Positions 9,948 to 18,804 of a DNA stretch of 55,448 nt are shown here, in pieces. The position numbers and the translations under genes were made by a program. The first letter of the stretch is position 1; each line of letters starts with the position of its first letter. Under the pieces are notes generated by a model. That model was not told the DNA's origin. It worked only from the letters and a program-made list of their open reading frames with translations, and did not search any database. The stretch is taken from the NCBI GenBank assembly GCA_045563315.1, contig JBJKUD010000001.1, positions 1-55,448 on the forward strand. Direction: 5' to 3'. The stretch comes from Candidatus Actinomarina sp. Its GTDB lineage: Bacteria; Actinomycetota; Acidimicrobiia; Actinomarinales; Actinomarinaceae.

Positions 9948-11809
9948 GCTAGTTTGAGATTTTTGCCTGATCCTGAAATTTGTACTTTTTTGATTTTGTT
10001 AAATATTCTTGAAACTTCTTCTCGATCAATTGTCTCTTTTTCCATTAAAACTTTGACCATTTCCTCCATTTGTTTTTTAAATTTTGCAAGAATTTTTCCT
10101 GCAACAACATGGGCATCGCTTAACAAACTTTTTACTTCTTCATCTATAGATGAAGCTACTTCATCCGAATAATCTTGTTGTCTTCCGTAATCTCGTCCTA
10201 AAAATACTTCATTTGTCCCCTTGCCGTACAACATAGGTCCTAATTTTTCACTCATTCCAAACTCCATAACCATTCTTCTTGCTATTTCTGTTGCTTTTTC
10301 TATATCGTTAGAAGCACCGGTTGTAGGATCAGCAAATATTAATTCCTCAGCTACTCTTCCACCCATAAGCATCGCTAGACGGTCTTTCAGTTCTGCTTTT
10401 GAAGTTAGGTATTTTTCACTATCAGGGAGAGCCTGGGTGTAACCTAATGCTCTTCCTCTTGGAATGATTGTAACTTTGTGTATTGGATCTGCATTTGGAA
10501 GTGCCCACCCAACTAAAGCATGGCCCGTTTCATGATAAGCAATTATTAGTTTTTCTTCATTTGTTAAAATTTGACTTTTCTTTTCTGGTCCAGCTAGAAC
10601 TCTGTCGATCGAATTTTCAATATCAGCATTTGATATTATCTTCTTACTCTTTCTTGCTGCAAGAAGTGCTGCTTCATTTAATAAATTAGCGAGATCTGCA
10701 CCAGTAAATCCGGGGGTTTGTTTTGCAATTGTTTCTAAATTAACATTTTTTGCAATTGGCTTTTCTTTAGAGTGAACTTTAAGAATCTGGGTTCTCCCTT
10801 TGAGGTCAGGTCTGTCAACAATAATTTGTCTATCAAAACGTCCTGGTCTTAGAAGAGCAGGATCTAGGACATCTGGTCTATTGGTTGCTGCCATCAATAT
10901 AACACCTTGGTTAGCTTCAAATCCGTCCATTTCAACCAATAATTGGTTTAAAGTTTGTTCTCTTTCGTCATGACCTCCGCCAAGTCCAGCTCCTCTCATT
11001 CGACCAACAGCGTCTATTTCATCAATAAAAATTATTGCCGGGGATGACTCTTTTGCTTTTTTAAACAAGTCTCTTACTCTACTAGCACCTACACCTACAA
11101 ACATTTCAACAAAATCTGAACCCGAAATGCTGAAAAATGGAACATTGGATTCGCCTGCAACTGCTTTAGCTAGCAATGTTTTTCCAGTACCAGGAGGACC
11201 AACCAAAAGTACTCCCTTTGGTATTTTTGCTCCTAATTTATTAAATTTTTCTGGTGATTTAAGAAATTCTTTTATTTCTTCAAGCTCTTCTTTTGCTTCT
11301 TCAGCCCCAGCAACATCATCAAATGTTACTTTTGGAGATTCTTCATCTAACTCTTTGGCTTTTGATTTACCAAACTGCATAATTTGATTTCCATTTGATC
11401 TAACTTGGGAAAACATAAAAAACATAAAACCAGCAAGAAATATCCAAGGTAAAAATGCAATTAAATAATCTTGCATCCCTGCCGGCTCTGTATCTGTGTT
11501 TAGAACTATATCCTGGTCGATTAGCAGCCTGAAAATTTCGCCTTCAAACCCTTCTGGATAGTCTGTTTTATAAACTGTATCTTCATTAGCCAACCGGTAT
11601 TCGACAGTATTAGATTGTTCCTTTATTGTGGCTTCTAAAACTAACCCTCCATTTATTTGAGTTTGAAATTCTGAAAATGTTGAACTTTCAGGAGCATTGA
11701 TTGTCTGATTATATCTTTGAACTCCGAAAAAAATTAAAAGTCCTAGAGATATGTAAATAAATAGAGACCTATTTCTTTTTTTATTATCTTGTTCTTTATT
11801 GTTTTCCAC
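9944..11809 (-). CDS. ftsH: ATP-dependent zinc metalloprotease FtsH
   Basis: 621 aa. Two N-terminal TM segments, AAA module [16 protein letters not shown] region, and zinc protease motif HETGHAL. Confidence 0.97.
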   Translation of the reverse strand: MENNKEQDNKKRNRSLFIYISLGLLIFFGVQRYNQTINAPESSTFSEFQTQINGGLVLEATIKEQSNTVEYRLANEDTVYKTDYPEGFEGEIFRLLIDQDIVLNTDTEPAGMQDYLIAFLPWIFLAGFMFFMFSQVRSNGNQIMQFGKSKAKELDEESPKVTFDDVAGAEEAKEELEEIKEFLKSPEKFNKLGAKIPKGVLLVGPPGTGKTLLAKAVAGESNVPFFSISGSDFVEMFVGVGASRVRDLFKKAKESSPAIIFIDEIDAVGRMRGAGLGGGHDEREQTLNQLLVEMDGFEANQGVILMAATNRPDVLDPALLRPGRFDRQIIVDRPDLKGRTQILKVHSKEKPIAKNVNLETIAKQTPGFTGADLANLLNEAALLAARKSKKIISNADIENSIDRVLAGPEKKSQILTNEEKLIIAYHETGHALVGWALPNADPIHKVTIIPRGRALGYTQALPDSEKYLTSKAELKDRLAMLMGGRVAEELIFADPTTGASNDIEKATEIARRMVMEFGMSEKLGPMLYGKGTNEVFLGRDYGRQQDYSDEVASSIDEEVKSLLSDAHVVAGKILAKFKKQMEEMVKVLMEKETIDREEVSRIFNKIKKVQISGSGKNLKLA

Positions 11810-11862
11810 ATTTTAAATTTAATATATGTCTGATTAAATGAATAGTGAAACTTCTGATAAAA

Positions 11863-13137
11863 CTAAGAATGCATCAAATTTAATAAATTATCTTTTTTGA
11901 TAGAAACTTGTAAAACACCCTTTTTTGACTTTTTTTCATTTTCTATTGCTAGATCAGATTTTCTAAGACCAACAATCCAATAAAGATTATTGTCGATATA
12001 TACAATTGGCCAATTATTTCTGAATGCACTATCTACACCATAATTACGAAGAACCTCTGAGGCTTTAATAGAAATGCCATCACTAACTATTTTTTCACCA
12101 TTCTCAAAAAACTTAATTTTAACTTCTCCTTCTTCTGGAAGAGCCAAGTTCCAATTGTTGTATATCTCAATTTGATTTACCATTTGAAATTCAAAAAAAC
12201 CAATAAAAGATTTGTCCGCCTCTTTAATATTTTCTCTCCATTGGCTTTGATTTAAGAATATTATTGAACCACCTGAGTTGAAACAAGTCCATTCTTTGAA
12301 AAAATCAAATTTTTTCTTGTTATCAAGTGATTGAGTTATCTTTTCTAAATCATTTTTTTCTATGCTTTTCATCCCCAAGAAACTCGCTACTTCATTTAAA
12401 TAAAATTGTCTCTCATTGCTTTCATGACTTATTAATGATATTGGAATTTCCAGGTACCCTCTTGAAAATTTTATGTACTTTAAATAATCTTTTTTATAGT
12501 TTGTTCGAAGTTCTACTTCATTTGTCAAAAGTTCAACTTTTTCTTCAAATGATCCTGGAAATTTTTCATTAATTTCAGGAATTAATATATTTCTAATCCA
12601 GTTTCTTATGATCTTATTATCCATGTTTGATGGATCTTCTAAGTAAATTAAATTGTGTTGATTTGCATAATCATAAATTTCTGTTTTAGATATTTTCATC
12701 ATTGGTCTTTGAATTTTTCTATTAATTGATTTTATTGACTTCAACCCTTCAAGTCTTGTTCCTCTAAATAAATTGATCAGCAAAGTTTCAGCTTTATCAG
12801 AAAGATTATGACCAGTTATTAATATCTCCTCTTCTTTGAGATCAGAAAGTAAAGCCTTGTATCTTTCATCTCTCATTTTAGTTTCAGAAGATTTTGGATT
12901 TAATGAAGTTGGGAGTGCTTTAAACTCTAGATTTAATGAAACTGAAATTTTTTTTGCTACTTTTTCTAATTTCTTAGAATCTTTTTGATTGTGTTGAACA
13001 AATACAAGTCGCATGGCTACTGATTGATTTGCCATTATATGAGCTAGAACGGAACTGTCTACTCCTCCACTTAATGCAACCACATAATTTTTGGACAAAT
13101 CAATATTATCGATAATATTTTTAATATTTGAGCTCAT
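11863..13137 (-). CDS. tilS: tRNA(Ile)-lysidine synthetase
   Basis: 424 aa. PP-loop LSGGVDSSVL and a C-terminal TilS_C-like WPIVYIDNNLYWIVGLR. Located next to ftsH as in other actinobacteria. Confidence 0.9.
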   Translation of the reverse strand: MSSNIKNIIDNIDLSKNYVVALSGGVDSSVLAHIMANQSVAMRLVFVQHNQKDSKKLEKVAKKISVSLNLEFKALPTSLNPKSSETKMRDERYKALLSDLKEEEILITGHNLSDKAETLLINLFRGTRLEGLKSIKSINRKIQRPMMKISKTEIYDYANQHNLIYLEDPSNMDNKIIRNWIRNILIPEINEKFPGSFEEKVELLTNEVELRTNYKKDYLKYIKFSRGYLEIPISLISHESNERQFYLNEVASFLGMKSIEKNDLEKITQSLDNKKKFDFFKEWTCFNSGGSIIFLNQSQWRENIKEADKSFIGFFEFQMVNQIEIYNNWNLALPEEGEVKIKFFENGEKIVSDGISIKASEVLRNYGVDSAFRNNWPIVYIDNNLYWIVGLRKSDLAIENEKKSKKGVLQVSIKKDNLLNLMHS

Positions 13138-13147
13138 AAATTTTGCT

Positions 13148-13426
13148 CTATTTCTTTATAACTTTATATCTCTTTTTTGTAACTTGTCTAAAGTATTGAA
13201 CTATATTTCCAATAATGACCAAAGTTGCAATTGCTACACTTGTCGGTATGAGAAATTTATAAGTCCATTGTGGTTCTTCTGGGACCTCTACTTCCTCTTC
13301 TATCACAATGGCTGGAATAGGAACTTTTTCATGTTCATCAGATATATCTGAGTATCCATAAGTTGATGAATAAGAAATACCGCTTATGAACAGAATAATT
13401 AAAAAAGAAAATATAAATTTTTTCAC
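13148..13426 (-). CDS. Hypothetical small membrane-anchored protein
   Basis: 92 aa. N-terminal signal or TM segment, acidic PE-rich middle (VIEEEVEVPEEPQ), C-terminal TM helix and a basic tail (KKRYKVIKK). No family recognised. Confidence 0.5.
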   Translation of the reverse strand: MKKFIFSFLIILFISGISYSSTYGYSDISDEHEKVPIPAIVIEEEVEVPEEPQWTYKFLIPTSVAIATLVIIGNIVQYFRQVTKKRYKVIKK

Positions 13427-13481
13427 ATTTAAAGACTACACAACCATAGAAAAAAAATAAATTTATATTAAATTAATTTTG

Positions 13482-13553
13482 AGCCGAAGGAGGGAATTGA
13501 ACCCTCGGCCTGCTCATTACGAGTGAGCTGCTCTACCACTGAGCTACTTCGGC
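13482..13553 (-). tRNA. tRNA-Thr (anticodon CGU)
   Basis: Reverse complement is GCCGAAGTAGCTCAGTGGTAGAGCAGCTCACTCGTAATGAGCAGGCCGAGGGTTCAATTCCCTCCTTCGGCT. It folds as a 72-nt cloverleaf: 7-bp acceptor, GCTC/GAGC D stem, GCTCA/TGAGC anticodon stem, loop CTCGTAA, T arm GAGGG-TTCAATT-CCCTC. CCA is not encoded. Confidence 0.9.
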
Positions 13554-13584
13554 AATAATGAGTTTTTGTAAATACAAAAAAAAT

Positions 13585-14667
13585 TTAAAGATCTTCGACT
13601 CTTTCCCAGTTTCGATCATCGTGACCAAAATGAGAAAATAAAGTATCTGTTTTATAATTTACATTCAACAAATCTAAGCGTTCAATAATCATCCCTGGCA
13701 TCATGTCAAACTTAGAAACAAAATCATTTATGACTTGACCATCTTTTTTTGATGTACCAAATGTTTCAACCGATAATTCATAGGGATCAGCTTTTCCAAT
13801 TGCATAAGCTACTCTCACTTGGCATTTGTCTGCCAAGTTATGGGCAACTATATTTTTTGCCAAATGTCTTGCTGCATATGCTGCAGACCTGTCAACCTTT
13901 GAAGGGTCTTTGCCTGAAAAAGCTCCTCCACCAACAGGTACTGTTGGTCCGTACGCGTCAACAACAATTTTCCTTCCTGTTAATCCTGTATCTCCTGCAG
14001 GTCCTCCTTTGACGAATGACCCGGATGGATTCAAATCAAATTGAAAATCATTATTTACTAAAGGGCTAATCATTTCTTCTAAAGTTTTTCTTAAATCGTC
14101 AATATCAATGTCTTTTTTATGTTGTGTAGAAATAACAACTTTAGTTTTCTTTCCACCTGTAGTGACTTGTACTTTGGAATCCAAATCAAGATTATCATCA
14201 TTATTTTGTATATCCCACAAAGACATTTGTATATTTCGACTGATATCAAATGTTTTTGGCATAAGTGATTCTGTTTCGTTAGTAGCATAACCAACCATAA
14301 TTCCTTGATCTCCAGCTCCAAGATCTTTATCATCTTCTACTGCTGATCTAATCTCTTCTGATTGAGGGGTTAACTCATTTTGAACTGTAAGACTATCTAA
14401 TTCAAAATCTTCAAAACTGGTTTTTATTGTTTTAAGTAATGCCTCCTTAACAATTTTATTTACAGTTTCATCATCAATATTTGCAGTTTCACTTATCTCT
14501 CCTCCAACAATAACTAGACCTCCATATGATGTCCCAGTTAAGAAAGTTTCAACAGCAACTCTCGATTTTTTATTATTTGAAAGCGCCTCTGTCAGGACAT
14601 AATCAGATATTAGGTCTGCTATTTTATCAGGATGACCAGGAGAAACTGTTTCAGCTGTTTTATACAT
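13585..14667 (-). CDS. metK: S-adenosylmethionine synthetase
   Basis: 360 aa. Motifs GHPDKIADLISD, GAGDQGIMVGYA and GGGAFSGKDPSKVDRSAAY. Confidence 0.95.
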   Translation of the reverse strand: MYKTAETVSPGHPDKIADLISDYVLTEALSNNKKSRVAVETFLTGTSYGGLVIVGGEISETANIDDETVNKIVKEALLKTIKTSFEDFELDSLTVQNELTPQSEEIRSAVEDDKDLGAGDQGIMVGYATNETESLMPKTFDISRNIQMSLWDIQNNDDNLDLDSKVQVTTGGKKTKVVISTQHKKDIDIDDLRKTLEEMISPLVNNDFQFDLNPSGSFVKGGPAGDTGLTGRKIVVDAYGPTVPVGGGAFSGKDPSKVDRSAAYAARHLAKNIVAHNLADKCQVRVAYAIGKADPYELSVETFGTSKKDGQVINDFVSKFDMMPGMIIERLDLLNVNYKTDTLFSHFGHDDRNWERVEDL

Positions 14668-14764
14668 TTTTAATTACTTTCATTTTAAATTGCCTCTTTA
14701 TATTAATTATTTTTTGTAAATTCTGCTCTAAAACTTTAATCTAATTGTTTGTTATCCTCTTTTT

Positions 14765-15940
14765 ATGTCTTCAGAGATAAAAAAAATCTATAATTTACTC
14801 TTCTCTGTTGGTTTCTCATCAATAGGATTTATTGCAGCAATTACAGTTACTGCTTTGGCAGTAAGAGAAGTAACTACCAATCCCTACTTAGTAGGTATCC
14901 CTAATGCTCTTGGTGTTGGAGGAGCATTTGTAGGAACTCAAATTTTTGATTATTTACAAAAGAGATATTCAAGAATGGTTGCATTAGCAAACACTTTTTT
15001 TGTTGGGGCCTTGGGGGGCGTAGTATGCTTTATAAGTCTCTTAACGAATTCATTTAATTTACTTATTATGGGAGCTTTTATTTTAGGTATAGGTCAGTCT
15101 GCCTCTTTACAGACAAGATATGCTTCATCATTTATTGTAAAAGAGGAGTTTAGAGCAACTGCTCTTTCCCTTGCTGTATGGTTTTCAGTTTTTGGTTCAG
15201 TTTTTGGACCAAGATTAGTTGGACAATATTCTGATACATTTAATGATATTTTTGGATCAGAATTAATAGTTGCATATTTAATTGCAACGATTGGTTTTTT
15301 ACTTGCGGGAATATGTGTAATAGGACTTACAGATAAAAGTAGTTTACTGAGATTACCTGTAATTTCAGAACATACCTCAACAAAAACAAAGCTTGATGTT
15401 AAGGCAAAACAACTAACTATGTTGTTAGTTGTTAACCATTTTGTAATGGTGATCATAATGGCAGCAACTCCCCTGCATGTGCAAGATATAGGTGAAACCA
15501 TAAAGGTTGTTGGTACAATAATTAGCTATCACACTCTTGGAATGTTTGTATTCTCACCAATACTTGGGCGATTTGTAGATAAAGTAGGTTCAAAAAAAGT
15601 CTCTATTTGTGGTGGTTTTATTCTTTTGATTAGCTGTATTTTTGCATTGAATAGTGAAGATATTATTTTGTTACATTTAAGTCTCTTCTTGTTGGGTCTT
15701 GGATGGAATTTTAACTATGTTTCTATTAGTTCTGAAATTTCAAAATATTCAATAGAAAAAAATACAAATCTCAATATAAAAAGTGATTCGTTTGTCTTTG
15801 TAGGTAGTGTTTTTGCACAATCATCTTTAGGGTTAACCTACACTGTAATTGGTTTTCAAGGTCTAGTAATTTTTGGAACACTGTCGGCTATTTTTTTGGT
15901 TTTCAATTTAATCAGGCTTTCTTCAAAACTATTGACTTAA
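14765..15940 (+). CDS. MFS transporter
   Basis: 391 aa with about 12 predicted hydrophobic segments. A central loop separates the two halves, and GRFVDKVGSKK resembles the MFS motif A. Substrate unknown. Confidence 0.8.
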   Translation: MSSEIKKIYNLLFSVGFSSIGFIAAITVTALAVREVTTNPYLVGIPNALGVGGAFVGTQIFDYLQKRYSRMVALANTFFVGALGGVVCFISLLTNSFNLLIMGAFILGIGQSASLQTRYASSFIVKEEFRATALSLAVWFSVFGSVFGPRLVGQYSDTFNDIFGSELIVAYLIATIGFLLAGICVIGLTDKSSLLRLPVISEHTSTKTKLDVKAKQLTMLLVVNHFVMVIIMAATPLHVQDIGETIKVVGTIISYHTLGMFVFSPILGRFVDKVGSKKVSICGGFILLISCIFALNSEDIILLHLSLFLLGLGWNFNYVSISSEISKYSIEKNTNLNIKSDSFVFVGSVFAQSSLGLTYTVIGFQGLVIFGTLSAIFLVFNLIRLSSKLLT

Positions 15941-15942
15941 TT

Positions 15943-16800
15943 TCAAAAAGTTTCTGATTCCAAAACTAATTTATTAAATGCTATCTTTGGCCTGATGCCC
16001 GAGGATATATCCTCAATAAGATTTGATAATATTTCAGCATATCTAAATTCAACTTTTGTAAAATTTTTGCTAGATAAAATACTATTTACTAAATATTCAA
16101 TTGATCTTTCAAATATGTTTAAATTCCTGTTTGAATCTGGATCAAGTTTGTTAATAGCATTTTCTAATTTAATAAAATTAAATATTTTTTCATTGGAATC
16201 TTGATTAGGAGAATTTAAATTTTGCAGAGTAGAAGTTATTAATTTTATTTCATCATGGAGATTCTTTAAAGAAAGATTCTCTTCTGTATCCAAAAAATTT
16301 ACAATATCATCAAATTCAAAATTATATGTATAGGTATATTCATCATCTATATATAAAGTCCTACACCTGCTTTTAAGTGTTGGTAATATATTTTTAATTG
16401 AATCATCTTTGGAATGTGACCAGTGTCTTCCGTTTGAAGTAATTATAAATATATTTGATTTTGAAGGCTCTTCTAAAGTTTTTAATAGCGCATTCGATGC
16501 TTCTTCTGTGAGGGACTTCGTAGGAGGAAATATAAAAATTTTATATTTGCCTTCAATTGGGTAGATACTTTCGTCATTAATTACTCTTCTAATATCATCA
16601 ACACCTAAAGTATTTATGTTTTCAGATGAAACTACCCTGATATCTGGATGTTGAAGGATATCATTTGAATTAAATAATAAATTTGATGAAAAAGCCTTTG
16701 CTTGGTCAATTAAATAACGAGAAGATCCAGAAATTAGAAGGTAGGAGTGAAATGGTTTTGATGATTCATTTAATAATTTTGAATTAAGTTCAAACAACAT
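15943..16800 (-). CDS. holB: DNA polymerase III subunit delta'
   Basis: LKTLEEPSKSNIFIITS and TLKSRCRTL motifs of clamp-loader delta'. The ORF extends to 16851, but the ATG at 16800 (MLFELNS...) overlaps the tmk stop by only 11 nt and is the more likely start. Located downstream of tmk, as is typical. Confidence 0.8.
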   Translation of the reverse strand: MLFELNSKLLNESSKPFHSYLLISGSSRYLIDQAKAFSSNLLFNSNDILQHPDIRVVSSENINTLGVDDIRRVINDESIYPIEGKYKIFIFPPTKSLTEEASNALLKTLEEPSKSNIFIITSNGRHWSHSKDDSIKNILPTLKSRCRTLYIDDEYTYTYNFEFDDIVNFLDTEENLSLKNLHDEIKLITSTLQNLNSPNQDSNEKIFNFIKLENAINKLDPDSNRNLNIFERSIEYLVNSILSSKNFTKVEFRYAEILSNLIEDISSGIRPKIAFNKLVLESETF

Positions 16801-17392
16801 CCAACCATTCGTATAAAATTTTTGTATTAACCTCAATATTTTGAGTTGCATCTAGAACTAAAAACTTGTCATCAAACTTATCAGCTAAATTTAAATATCC
16901 CTCTCTCACTTTTTTAAAAAAATCAAGATCAGAACTTCCAATTCTATCATTAACTTTTTGACGTTTAAGTGATAACTCTGGATCAATGTCTAAAAGAATA
17001 ACTTTTTCTGGCCAGTAACCATTTATAGCAATATCGTTTATATTATATATCTCTTCAAACCCCAAACCTCTTCCAACGCCTTGATATGCAACTGAAGAAA
17101 AAGCGCTTCTATCAGAAATTATTTTCACGCCTTCACGTATTGATGGTTTAATTACTTCTTCAATTAAGCTTGCTCTGTTTGCTGAAAAAAGAAGTGCTTC
17201 AGCTAAAGGCTCAATTACATATTCATGACTTAACAAAAGATCCCTTATGCCTTCACCAAGTTTGGAGCCTCCTGGCTCTCTGACTATTTTGTACTTTATT
17301 TGCTTTTTTTCTAGATGATTGGTTAATGATTCAATATAACTTGTTTTACCTGATCCATCTACTCCTTCAAAAGCTACATAATCTATATTCAA
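16790..17392 (-). CDS. tmk: Thymidylate kinase
   Basis: 200 aa. P-loop FEGVDGSGKTS and DRSAFSSVAYQG (DR(Y/F) motif region). Confidence 0.93.
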   Translation of the reverse strand: MNIDYVAFEGVDGSGKTSYIESLTNHLEKKQIKYKIVREPGGSKLGEGIRDLLLSHEYVIEPLAEALLFSANRASLIEEVIKPSIREGVKIISDRSAFSSVAYQGVGRGLGFEEIYNINDIAINGYWPEKVILLDIDPELSLKRQKVNDRIGSSDLDFFKKVREGYLNLADKFDDKFLVLDATQNIEVNTKILYEWLDVV

Positions 17393-17396
17393 ATTT

Positions 17397-18725
17397 TTAT
17401 TCCTTTTCGTCTAAATTCAACTTTATCTTATTGAAGTTTGATTTTTCAATACCAAATTCATTAAAAATAGTTTTATATCCATTTATAAAGTTTAAGATCC
17501 CGGAAATGAATATTAGAATCGAACTTCCAATCAATACTAAATAAACCCCATCTTGTCCAAAGACACCATCTAAATAATTTGCAATAATTCCTGATAATAA
17601 AAAAGAGAGTAACAAAGCAAGTCTTCCAATAGTGTAGAAATTGCCAAATACTCTTCCTCTAATATCATTATTTGTAGATGCCTGCAAATAACTTATTGTC
17701 AAAAGATAAACTCCTCCTGTTCCAATTCCTGATATAAAAATAGATAATAAAATAACAAAAAAATCTGTCGATCTAAATGCTGATATTAAAGATATACCCG
17801 TCAGCATCATAGAAATCCCAATTAAGAAATTTACTCTACTAAAAGTCGTAACAAAATAACTTAAGGTCAACATACTAAATAAGATTCCACTACCAAATGA
17901 AGCAATCATGAATCCAAATGAGCTCTCACTAAAACCCAGATCAACTGTCAAAAAAGTATGACCCAAAATAAATAATGCGCCTGCACCTATTAAACAAAAT
18001 GAAATAGAAAATGAAATATTCCTTATATCTTTAGATTTGAAAAAATAATCTAAGCCTTCTTTGAAATTTTTAAAAGAAACATCTGGCTTTTTATTTATTG
18101 CATTTTCATTTTGATTTTTTAAAAAGTACAAAAATATTACTGAAGCTAAAAATGTGAAAGTATCAAATAAAAATATAATTGATCCTTTCCATCCATTCCC
18201 AATATTATTTATAATTTCAAAATTATTTAAATCACTAACTATCCCAAGAGCTAATGATGCAATAGGCAATGTTGCATAAGTCCCAATTGCAAATAATGAA
18301 TTTGCTTTGACAAGGTTCTCTTTACTTACCAATTCTGGAACCACAGATTCCCTAGATGGTTGACGTATAAGTGAAAATATTTCAGACAGGAAATTTAATA
18401 TAAATATTGAGTAAAGGTTACCTGCAAAAAATAAAAGCATTACAAATACCATTCTTATAAGATCACAAAAAATCATAATAATTTTTTTGTTGTATCTATC
18501 TGCAATTAATCCAGCAAACGAAGATAGAAGTGCAGGAATAATTCTTGCTATTAAAGGCACTATTGCAGTCAGCTCCGAATTTCCAGCTTCAGTTCCAAGA
18601 TAGCTGGCTAAAGCAACCGAACCAAAAAGAGTTGCCCAATCACCAAAACTTGAAATTGTTCCTGACCACCAAAGTAAAGAAAACTGTGATTTTGAAAAAA
18701 TTTTTATTTTATTCATTGCTTCCAT
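17397..18725 (-). CDS. MFS transporter (EntS/MFS_3-like)
   Basis: Multi-TM protein with FSLLWWSGTISSFGDW and ADRYNKK motifs. The ORF extends to 18806, where it would overlap the divergent topA start. The internal starts at 18725 (MEAMNKIK) or 18716 are more plausible. Confidence 0.8.
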   Translation of the reverse strand: MEAMNKIKIFSKSQFSLLWWSGTISSFGDWATLFGSVALASYLGTEAGNSELTAIVPLIARIIPALLSSFAGLIADRYNKKIIMIFCDLIRMVFVMLLFFAGNLYSIFILNFLSEIFSLIRQPSRESVVPELVSKENLVKANSLFAIGTYATLPIASLALGIVSDLNNFEIINNIGNGWKGSIIFLFDTFTFLASVIFLYFLKNQNENAINKKPDVSFKNFKEGLDYFFKSKDIRNISFSISFCLIGAGALFILGHTFLTVDLGFSESSFGFMIASFGSGILFSMLTLSYFVTTFSRVNFLIGISMMLTGISLISAFRSTDFFVILLSIFISGIGTGGVYLLTISYLQASTNNDIRGRVFGNFYTIGRLALLLSFLLSGIIANYLDGVFGQDGVYLVLIGSSILIFISGILNFINGYKTIFNEFGIEKSNFNKIKLNLDEKE

Positions 18726-18804
18726 TATCACTATAAATCGAATTGAAAATACTTTTTTTTTCAAAATCCTGTACTTTTTCAAAAATACTGTTATCAATAA
18801 GGAC

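Noticed and set aside
13148-13426. Possible sortase-type C-terminal sorting signal (LIPTS plus a hydrophobic helix and basic tail) in the 92-aa protein
   Set aside because: LIPTS does not match LPXTG or LAXTG. The architecture is equally explained by a simple C-terminal membrane anchor.
14660-14764. metK 5' region examined for a SAM riboswitch. It contains a 7-codon uORF (14683-14660, MKVIKNV) with an AGAGG 9 nt upstream, and the uORF stop overlaps the metK ATG
   Set aside because: I see no GC-supported helices or a recognisable SAM-I, SAM-II, SAM-IV or SAM-V core in this very AT-rich leader. Tiny ORFs like this arise easily by chance in AT-rich DNA. It would only be worth revisiting if an Rfam scan or conservation analysis says otherwise.
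15094-15501. 135-aa - strand ORF inside the MFS transporter gene; similarly the other short antisense ORFs listed in the track (e.g. 39988-40290, 41689-42000, 43066-43827, 26395-27129, 52178-52399)
   Set aside because: All are embedded antisense in genes with strong family motifs. They lack motifs of their own. In the case of 52178-52399 the ORF simply mirrors the tandem repeat.
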